A DNA stretch of 63,392 nt, the filler included, from Conidiobolus incongruus B7586 (Eukaryota), in assembly GCA_000697335.1 (NCBI GenBank). It is 8 parts of 8 records of this genome, joined end to end, with 100 filler letters (N's around TTAATTAATTAA, not from the genome) between each part and the next. Parts side by side here need not be neighbours in the genome. Positions count along the whole stretch, not along the records: positions 54,191 to 61,425 come from JNEM01000143.1; positions 61,526 to 63,392 come from JNEM01000163.1; 6 more parts are not named here. One strand, written 5' to 3'. This document shows positions 54,091 to 63,392 of this stretch, piece after piece; positions within the stretch are counted from its first letter, which is position 1; the number at the start of each line of letters is the position of its first letter. The notes beneath the pieces were generated by a model. That model was not told where the DNA came from. It saw only the letters and a list, made by a program, of their open reading frames with translations, and did not search any database. A program made the translations under genes and the position numbers.

Positions 54091-55821
54091 NNNNNNNNNN
54101 NNNNNNNNNNNNNNNNNNNNNNNNNNNNNNNNNNTTAATTAATTAANNNNNNNNNNNNNNNNNNNNNNNNNNNNNNNNNNNNNNNNNNNNGTTATAAAAT
54201 ATTTTTTTCAATTTTTATTAACTAAGTTTGAGTTTTAATATATAGTATATATATTATTAATATCAAAATATTTTAATAATTTTTTATTAAAATAAAAATA
54301 TATATATATATATATATATTTGATTTTATTAAAAATTTAAATTAGATTTTAAATTTAATAATTTTGATTAATTTTTTTTAGATTTTAAATATTTTACCTA
54401 GTAGTAAATAATTAATTTAAAAAAATTTTTTTAATAGCTATCTATAAATTTTATATGGTTTTAAAAAGTTTATGGTTAAGAATAATTAATACTAAAATAA
54501 ATCACTTTTGATAATTATTATATATTTTAAATATAATAAAATTAAATAATAAATTTTTAAAAGTTAATTATCTTATAATATTATAGATTAATTACACTAT
54601 CATCATCATCACATTGTCAGATATATTTCCTTACCTTATCTAATTTTTATCTACTTTATCTTATCTTATTCTATCTTTAAACCATTATCAATTTCTATAT
54701 ATAAAAGGGAGAATCTTTGTTAAATAAAAGATCATTCAAATAATCTTATAAATAAAAAAAGCTTCCTTTACTTTACATACTGCTAAACTGCTTTAGTGGT
54801 TAAAATCAGTTATATTAACTTCCTAATAAAAAATATATATATTTCTGAAATTAATAATATATTTGAAAAATTAATAATTAAAAAATTATCTTATTATTTT
54901 GATTCTGAGTTAAAATCAAAAAATACAGTATTAAATTGGAAATAAAATATTAATATAATAAAACAAATAAACTAAAGAAACTATATAATATAATTATATT
55001 TTTATTGATATAGTAAGACAATTAAAAGTTAATAACTTTGAATTTTTATAAATTTTATTATTTATCATATTTGAAAATTTTAATTATTTTGAATTTTAAA
55101 TTTAGATCAATTAGAATTTAAAATTTATCATCTAATATTTATTTTGGGTTCATAAACTCTTGCAATATGTTTTACTCAATATTTTTTGAACCTCTTTATT
55201 AATAATATAAATGACCAAAAATGACTATATACCTTATTTTTAATCGAAATTTGTAAACAATTCTATGCTGATTATCAACAAAAATCCTTCATAAAATAAG
55301 TTTATACCATTCTAACATATTAATGTATAATGAATAAATTCAGTATTCAAAATGCATAATATCTCATTGTTTCTGATTTACATGAAATCACATTTAGTGT
55401 ACTATTCATTTATGTAAAATTGCAACCTTTAAAATCACAATATATACCATCAATTATGTAAAATATTGAGAAATTTTATATCTAATCAAACATAAAAAAT
55501 GAAATTTTCAATATGAAGTTTTGTACAATTTCTAACAATGAAAACGTTGAATTGGTTAATTAATTTATATTATAGTTTTATTGAAAAATACATTTCCGTC
55601 AAATAATTGTACTAAAATAAATCATACTTGAATTGTTAAATTCAGGTATAGTTTCTAATCAGTGAATCAAACAATACCATTATATATAATTTTGCTAAAT
55701 GATTGGTCTCAAGTAAATTGATACTTGGCAAGAATTGAGTTATATACATAGAATAATAACAAGATGGCTGTTGATTTTTTTATTGTTCATAGATTAATTG
55801 AAAAATATTTGAATTAAAAAC

Positions 55822-55859
<38 letters not shown>

Positions 55860-56642
55860 ACTAATATTTTTGAATATATTGCTCGATACTCGCACATCCT
55901 AAAAAAATGAACAACTCGTATTTTATCCTTTGAAAAAAGGGTTAAATAGCAGCTTCTTAAGTAATTTAACTCCGATTCTCATTTTTATACAATCATTTTT
56001 ATCCATTATAGCGAACAATCTAATACAATGAATCGACCAATTTGAATAAAAGTTTTACTATTGATATTATATAGGCTTAATGTGAGGATCTTGTATAAAA
56101 TTAATATAAGTGAATATAAATAATTTAACAATGAGGTAGATTCAAGTTAATTCACATCATCAACTTTCAGTTATTAGTTAATTAACAATTGTATCACTAT
56201 ATGATTGATTGTTAGTTATGTTAATAAAATAATATTAGTTAATTTCAATTATTTATATTTATAATATGAATTATACACTTCAATTTTAACATAAAAATCA
56301 AAATTATAATCCTTCAAAAATCAACAAAAATATTTAGAATAATGGAAAAATTAATCAGAACAAAATTAAATGAAGGATATTATATAGTAATATTATTTCT
56401 ACAAAATTACTTAATAAAGTTATATTGAGCATAATCAATGTATTATCAAATACATTTTGTTGAGTGATTGCTAATAGGTAAGGAAGATTATTTGGAAATG
56501 CAGATAGAGATCATTTCAAATGAAATTTATTATGAAATTCATTCAATTTAAACCAGCCTTGAACCAGCTTTTGCGCGAGATCCATCACGCTCAGAACAAG
56601 GATTAATCTTCATAGTTGAGAGATAATGTGGCACATTAATTA

Positions 56643-57395
56643 TTAAATATATGCAAGCATTGAACTCAGTACAACGCTAATGAAGGTGAAAGATAAATAG
56701 GGGTGTTGGAGAAATACGGGGTTAGCATTAGAGCTAGTTGCAGTTTCGGGACTCCTGGTTGATGATTGCGTGGTAGTAACATTAGTAGTGAAGGCACTAG
56801 AATCAGTGGCTATTGTGGTGGGCAAACTGGTAGCTCCATTGGTAATAGTTGTTATGCTTTGGGGAACAGTAATAGTGGTTGGAGTGGGCTGAGAAGGGGC
56901 TTGAGATGGAGAATCAGATGATTTTACCTGATCAGGTGTGTCAAGTACAATGGCATTTTTTGCAGGAGAATTGGCAGGGGTGCGAGGATTTTTTGACCAA
57001 ATGCCAGCACAATAGCTGTCCTCAACGGGTTCCCAAATAGCTGGCGACGGATCAACACGGGTTCCAAAGACTTTTTCAAAAGCGTCTTGATTGACATCTA
57101 ATCCTTTACCACCAGTGTCAACAGCCAAAATATATTCGAATTTAGAGCGATCTTTAGCATTGGTTAATTTGATACAAGTACCGCAATCAACACTCTTATC
57201 CATGTGTTGAACAGCAGTAATTCTGGTGAGATCAAGCTCACTGTAAGGCATTCCACAGCTTGGAGGGTTTGTCAAAAGAGCTTCCCCCATACCTTTGTAG
57301 TCGTGAGGTGTAATAGTACCTTCACTATAAGTAATTTTACCATCAATGGTAAGAATTAAATTATAGAATATATATAGAGTAGATATAAGTTTCAT
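56643..57395 (-). CDS. Secreted RlpA-like double-psi beta-barrel (expansin/loosenin-like) protein with S/T/P stalk and probable GPI signal
   Basis: Signal peptide, PSCG, CGTCIKLTN and VDTGGKGLDVNQDAF, then an S/T-rich stalk, SSNA and a hydrophobic C-terminus. Confidence 0.85.
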   Translation of the reverse strand: MKLISTLYIFYNLILTIDGKITYSEGTITPHDYKGMGEALLTNPPSCGMPYSELDLTRITAVQHMDKSVDCGTCIKLTNAKDRSKFEYILAVDTGGKGLDVNQDAFEKVFGTRVDPSPAIWEPVEDSYCAGIWSKNPRTPANSPAKNAIVLDTPDQVKSSDSPSQAPSQPTPTTITVPQSITTITNGATSLPTTIATDSSAFTTNVTTTQSSTRSPETATSSNANPVFLQHPYLSFTFISVVLSSMLAYI

Positions 57396-60241
57396 TATTT
57401 GAGTATTATTGTATTGGCATTAAATTATTTAGTTGAATTAAGTTTTTAATTCATAAAACAACAAAATGCCAAAAGACATGTTAATATATACTCGCTTGAA
57501 GCCTCCTTTTGTGTTAAATCAAGTTCACTATCTTTGAGTAGATCTGGAATATCCGATATAGCCACCCACATTTTCTCATTTACAACATCTTTGTTTATGA
57601 ATGCGAAAATATAATAGAAATGTTTTGATGAGTGTCGCCTTAATTTTAGGTTATTGGAAAAAATTATTGAGAATCCACCTCATCAAACTTTATCAAATCA
57701 TTAGCTACCCAATCATAGTAAATTATAATAACAAAGTTTTAATATTATTGGATGGAAAAAAATTTCCATTTATAGAGGAAGGGTTTTCACGTCCATTAAT
57801 TTAATGACATAATAAAAGGGGTCAAAACTAATTCATGAGATTTAGTCATTTCAATAGTACTTTGATTGGAGAATTTAATTAAGAATTATCTTGACCTGAT
57901 AGATGGATCTTCCATACACGAGTGTCATTGGCGAAATTTATCGGATCGATTCAAGAGAGGCAATATCATTGGTTAAATAAGTCACACCGTAAATAGGAAA
58001 AATTTTTCAAGGGTACAAGGTGCATGAGTAAATTTTATTTCAACCTTGTATCTGACATTCTTTGTATTCATCATTATGAGATAAAATTAATGGAACTAGT
58101 AGTTTTGCAACTATAGAGTACCATAAAGAGGTGGGTATTACTTAAACCAATACTAAATGAAATTGGAATAAAGCAATTGGTTCATTATACGCTCAACAAA
58201 TCGATAAATTATATTATTTTTTGTTAAACTCGGTGCATTAGATTGATAAATACTGATGGAGTATAATTTGGTCATCATCACCTACAAATAATGATTACTG
58301 CATATAATAATATTAGTTTATTTTCTTATAATGTTAAATAAGAATCTAGCGTGCTACAAATCTAACAATCTAATGAATGAAATACTTATCAAATTGATGA
58401 GATGAAACGTATGTAAAAATTTCTTTTTTTCCACTTGTGTAATTCAGAATATAGACAAAAATCTGGAAATAATAATTTTATATCACAAAATTTCAATTAA
58501 TTACTTTCGATCCAAAATTTATCGCGATTGGTTAAATTGAAAAATCAAAATGTATAAATTTAATAAGCTATACTATATAATAATTTGAAGTATGCAATAT
58601 AATTAATATCTTATAACTCACAAAATTAATAGAATTGAAATATATTTTTGCATCAATGTTAATTAATTTTTAAATTTTAAAATTTTATTCATATCTGCAC
58701 TTATCTGGAATGAATAAACTATATTTTATAATTCAGCTGAGAAAATTTTATCAATCTGTAAAATTATACTTAAAAACATCTATATATAAAATCTATTATA
58801 TTCGAATTTGGTTAATATACTGCATTAATGATATATATGCTTAATCAATATTTTTTTCAAACAACTAGTTAATAAGCTATATAACTATAAATTAATAATA
58901 TATATTGATAATTTCAAAAATGTATTATCATTGTGTTGATATTGATTATAAACAATAATTCAACATGGACAATACTAATTTTACCACATAAAATATAAAA
59001 ATGCAAAAATTTTCCATTTATTTTATCATGATTGGTCAATATAAAAATATCAAAATAGTTACACAAATATGTATTAGTTGATTTTCAAAGAATAGGGATA
59101 CAATATATGAGAATAATTTAATGTTGATGAAATATTTCTATTTTTATGATTGATATGATGTGAAATCATTTATCAATTCTATAATATTTTTATTAACAAT
59201 GTTTTATTATGAGATTATTATTAGTTAATGAAAATTGTTTAATAATGACTAATTAATACATATTAATCGATGAATAATATTTATTATCCGATTAATACAA
59301 ATTAGCTTTAGTCACATTAAATTTCATTAATCTCAGACTTAGTACTGAACAGAGTTAATAACTCAAGAAAAAAACTCGGTAATGAATATAATTCCATCAT
59401 TTAAAACTAGACATGCCAAATTAATAGTTTTAATTATTTGCAGAAAACTTAACATAGATATGATTCCTTGTTGATTAAATATATACCTATTTATGGCTAA
59501 CTTTTTTAAAATGTACTTAATTTTTATTTTTGTTTTAATTCTTCTCTAACAATGATCATTTTAATTGAAAATAAATATTTTAGTGTCAAAAGACATGGTT
59601 TGATATTTTATCAATAAATTATGGTAATGATCTTAAAATATAGCACAAAATATATATATAAGCTCATAAATCAATCAATTTTATGTCATCATTTCAACTG
59701 AAATTAATTTTTAGAAATAAATTAAAATAACCATAATATATCCAATCAATATATACCATTATATTAAATAACTTATGAATTCTATTCAATAATACATTAA
59801 AATATATCTATCTAGCATGTATTTATCAAATATGAATTCTTTGAAAAATAATATTTCAAATGAATTTACAAAGTTATTATTAATTATGATTGATATATTT
59901 GACTAAAAAAATTAAAATTATTATATATTTATATTGAGATATATACTAATAATTATAGGATATTAAATTTCAAATTTATTTAATAAATATTTTATAATGT
60001 TCATAAATTAAATTGGAATCTATATTAGATGATTATAAAAGTATTTAACTAGATGGATATTTTTGATAATTTTTTTGAGAGGATAACTGATTGAAAGGAA
60101 ATTAGGAATATATGATTTGAATTATATAAATAAAAAAACAAGATTTTTACAAAATATTAAAACAGAAATAGATTTGATAAAAATAACATTTTGGATAGTA
60201 TATGCTAAATTAAAAACATGAAAATTTTCTAAGACAGTTTA

Positions 60242-60846
60242 TCAAATATTGTTTGAGGCAATCAATTTGAATTGAACTATCACGATATAATAAGGGAGCA
60301 TCGTGGTTATTAGCTCTTGGAGTGTCATCAAGGACACTGACACAGCCAATCTGTAGGCCAGGTCGTGAAGCATGGCATCTATCAATTGGGGTAAACTACT
60401 GATGATCAGTGCTCTGACTATCTGGCCATGATCAATTGTAACTGGGGCGTTGTAAAGAGAGACTAGACCAGTAGCAACAGTGGTGGTGTTAGAATCCGAC
60501 ATGCTGAAAAGATGAAATCACAAAATACCAATAGGAACGAGTATAACATGAATAATGGGAGATGACTCAAGTGGAACTATAGGAAGCTACTTGAATATAC
60601 TAAAAAGGGTGGTTTTTGAAAGTAGAAAGAGATTTGTATAAAAAGGAGAGAAAGAGAGAAAAGAGAAGGAGAAGAGTCCTTCTTATAAGTGGGAGAAGTA
60701 TATAGGCATAAGTATGCAACAGCTGAGTAACAGTGAGGACAACCAGATGTGGACTGGTAGAATGCTGATAAGGTCTAGTTTGGTTAATAAGGGCTTTAGA
60801 GTGATTTTGAGTAAGGGAAGGTATAAATGAAGTAGCAATTGTCACA
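60242..60846 (-). mobile_element. Putative degenerate LTR retrotransposon 5' end (LTR ~60542-60846 plus short gag-position ORF 60502-60242)
   Basis: The minus strand starts TGTGACA at 60846, has TATAAG and a CT-rich tract, and has TGTTATA at 60548-60542 (TGTCACA with two C>T changes). TGGTAT at 60530-60525 is followed by an ATG ORF in GC-richer DNA. Confidence 0.5.
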
Positions 60847-60855
60847 AGGTGTTAA

Positions 60856-60927
60856 TCTTCGATAGTATAGTGGTGAGTATACCCGCCTGTCACGCGGGTG
60901 ACCTGGGTTCAATTCCCAGTCGGAGAG
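60856..60927 (+). tRNA. trnD: tRNA-Asp(GTC), intronless
   Basis: Acceptor stem TCTTCGA/TCGGAGA, anticodon arm CCCGC-CTGTCAC-GCGGG, T arm CTGGG-TTCAATT-CCCAG, discriminator G. Confidence 0.96.
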
Positions 60928-62593
60928 TGCTATTTTGATTTATTTTTATATACAAACTCATATCATATATAATATTGATATGTTATCAAACTTTTCATTC
61001 AACTTTACTCAATTTTTTTTATTCAAATCTTGTTAAACTTTAATTTTTTTCAAATATTGTTATAATATTGATATCCTATAGGAAATAAAATAAGAAATAT
61101 TTATATTTAAATTAAAATAATAATATTAATTGCTTATATTTTAAAATTTTATCAAATTATAATATAAAATATGGGTGAATTCAACTTATGTCCAATTTAT
61201 CATTAAACTGCTCAAATTGATATTTAATTTTTTTTTAACAAAAATTACACTTAATTTAATTTTAAAAATATTATTATTTTAAATATAATTATAATAATAA
61301 ATATTTTAAATTATACCTTAATATTAAGAAATTATTAATAAATATTTAGCTTAAATATGAATTAATATCAAAAATATAAGAATATTATTTTTAAATACTT
61401 TTTTATTTTTTTATTATTTAATATTNNNNNNNNNNNNNNNNNNNNNNNNNNNNNNNNNNNNNNNNNNNNTTAATTAATTAANNNNNNNNNNNNNNNNNNN
61501 NNNNNNNNNNNNNNNNNNNNNNNNNATATCTGAATATAATATTTTCTTTTATATCAATAATTAAAAAATAACAAAATATTAAAAAAAAATATAATAAAAT
61601 TATTAAAATTTTTTAAATTCATATTATATTATATTTTTTAAATAGAAAAAAATAGAAAATTTAAGATTTAATTGATAACTGGGTCAATTGTTATATTTAA
61701 TTAATATTTTATTTCTTTTCATAAAACTTTTATGATTTCCAAATAAGTATTTTGCTTGTTCATATTCTTAATTAATTGACAAAACATTTCATTAATTATT
61801 ATTATTATTATTATCACTATTATTAATTATCAACTTAGCATCTCAAATGTAAATAAATAATTGGAAATAAAATAATAAAAAATAGTAAGTTAATATTGAG
61901 TAAATGATATCATTTAGCTTAAGTATATTGTGATTTATATTTTATATACAGTTGAACAAAGTTTAATCCTGAAATATTTATTTCATAAAAATCCAATTCC
62001 TAATACTATAAATTAGCAATAATCAATTAAATTAAAAGCAAATATAGGATTTATTTTTTTTATTAAAGATTGAATATAAAACTTTAAAATAATAATCACA
62101 CAAATTATAAATATGAGTTATTAAGATTAATACATTTAAAATAAAGTAGAATCAATTTAATAATATATAATATATTTATATTTTATCAATTGTCGTATAT
62201 AAAATAGATTTATAAAATATATAAATTATCAAATTTTCAATTAATTATTCATAATTAATGAATTTAAGAACTCAGTCACTTGAACCTATTTGGTAAATTA
62301 TACTGTTATTAAATAACACAATTCTTTTCAATAGATAAATAAAACTAAGATACATTTTGTAACAAAATATAACTATTTAAAGTTGATATCAAATGGTTTG
62401 ATACTAACTATTATTCAATTGGACATTAACACCTATGATAATATTTACATACTAATTTTAAATAACACCAGTTCTATTATGATACAATTATTTAAAAATA
62501 ATTTAAATTGATAATTATTGAAAAATAGTATAAAATATTCAGTACCTTCAAGTAATTTTGATAATTTGATTTTATCTAATTTTAGTATCAAAG

Positions 62594-63392
62594 ATGGCAT
62601 ATGATCCTATTCAAATTGATCAAAATTCTGGAATATCAAAATATATTTTATTGATTCATTTCTTTATCGTTTCTGTTGTAGCTATATTACTTATTGTAAT
62701 TTTGTTAATAATTATTGTAAGGAGAATTATTAGGGGTACACATGTCGATGTGCAAATAACTACAATGATGATGGTCATTGATTTACTAGCCGCAATAGGA
62801 ACATTTATAAGAGCTATTATATGTCAAAGTCCATATAATCTACTTGCTTACCAGCCAGATTGGTGTAAATTTGATGTGTTATTTACCACTCAGTTACTAC
62901 TATTCTCAGGTATTGCAATCGGGATATTGAGCTTTGAGAGGTTTTTACTGATTTGCTATAACATCAAACTATCCATATGGGTTTGGATCGGATTTATTGC
63001 ATTACTTTGTAGTGCTCAGTGGTCAATCTTTCTTATAAACGTTATAAAAGACAGGCAACGGCTGGTCAGTATTGCAGTTTATTGTACTGTAGGAGTTGTT
63101 GAAGGTGCTGAACTACTGAGAGTGGTATTTCTTTTCAACTTGTTAGTGTCTTATATTATGGTTATTGTGAGTTATGTTGGAATTATGATATTTCGATATA
63201 AGCAATCGTTCAAGCAACTGAGTTTAAATATACCGAAAGAACTAGTGTTTAAGGAATGTTTGAATACGGTGTTTAAATCAATAGTCAACATAGTCTTGTA
63301 CATTCTGGTATATTCTGGTAAACTATACTGTGTATTATACGAGGTTATCAGTGGGAATATGAGAACCTGGTTAATGGACTACATTGCAACTG
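62594..63392 (+). CDS. Class A (rhodopsin-like) GPCR-like protein; runs off the window end; apparent frameshift near 62690
   Basis: ATG at 62594 (MAYDPIQ...). After a frame change it reads NLLII (TM1 Asn), IDLL (TM2 Asp), WCKFD (Cys at the top of TM3), LSFERFLLIC (DRY-like), WVWI, VYC and VSYVGI. Open to the window end and absent from the supplied ORF track. Confidence 0.8.
   Translation, partial: MAYDPIQIDQNSGISKYILLIHFFIVSVVAILLIVILLIIIVRRIIRGTHVDVQITTMMMVIDLLAAIGTFIRAIICQSPYNLLAYQPDWCKFDVLFTTQLLLFSGIAIGILSFERFLLICYNIKLSIWVWIGFIALLCSAQWSIFLINVIKDRQRLVSIAVYCTVGVVEGAELLRVVFLFNLLVSYIMVIVSYVGIMIFRYKQSFKQLSLNIPKELVFKECLNTVFKSIVNIVLYILVYSGKLYCVLYEVISGNMRTWLMDYIAT

Noticed and set aside
13316..60927. 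Functional linkage of TFC4, the tRNA genes and the tRNA-adjacent LTR as one locus
   Set aside because: They lie on different contigs separated by artificial spacers, so co-occurrence is uninformative.

Overview
Very AT-rich eukaryotic (fungal) genomic DNA with short (~50 nt) GT-AG introns. The gene content fits an early-diverging Zoopagomycota/Entomophthoromycotina fungus such as Conidiobolus (inference, not verified). The window is eight contigs joined by seven artificial 100-nt spacers (N44-TTAATTAATTAA-N44), so adjacency across spacers is not guaranteed. Housekeeping genes: TFIIIC subunit Tfc4, a UPF0658-type membrane protein, a peroxisomal ANT1-like carrier, NOP16, CSN3, septin Cdc12 (cut by a gap) and an Msn2/Seb1-like C2H2 factor. 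Secreted genes: two paralogous two-domain Cys-containing proteins, an AA11-like LPMO, a second His-brace LPMO-like protein, a GH17 glucanase and a GPI-type DPBB/expansin-like protein. Also present: a class-A GPCR-like gene, an orphan multi-TM gene with a decayed inverted paralogue, pseudogenes of a YqeH/Gep3 GTPase and a TLC-domain protein, tRNA-Phe and tRNA-Asp. The best leads are an unannotated structured RNA with a U17/snR30-like 3' hairpin, an LTR-like element 9 nt upstream of tRNA-Asp, and the secreted paralogue pair with one homogenised and one divergent domain.
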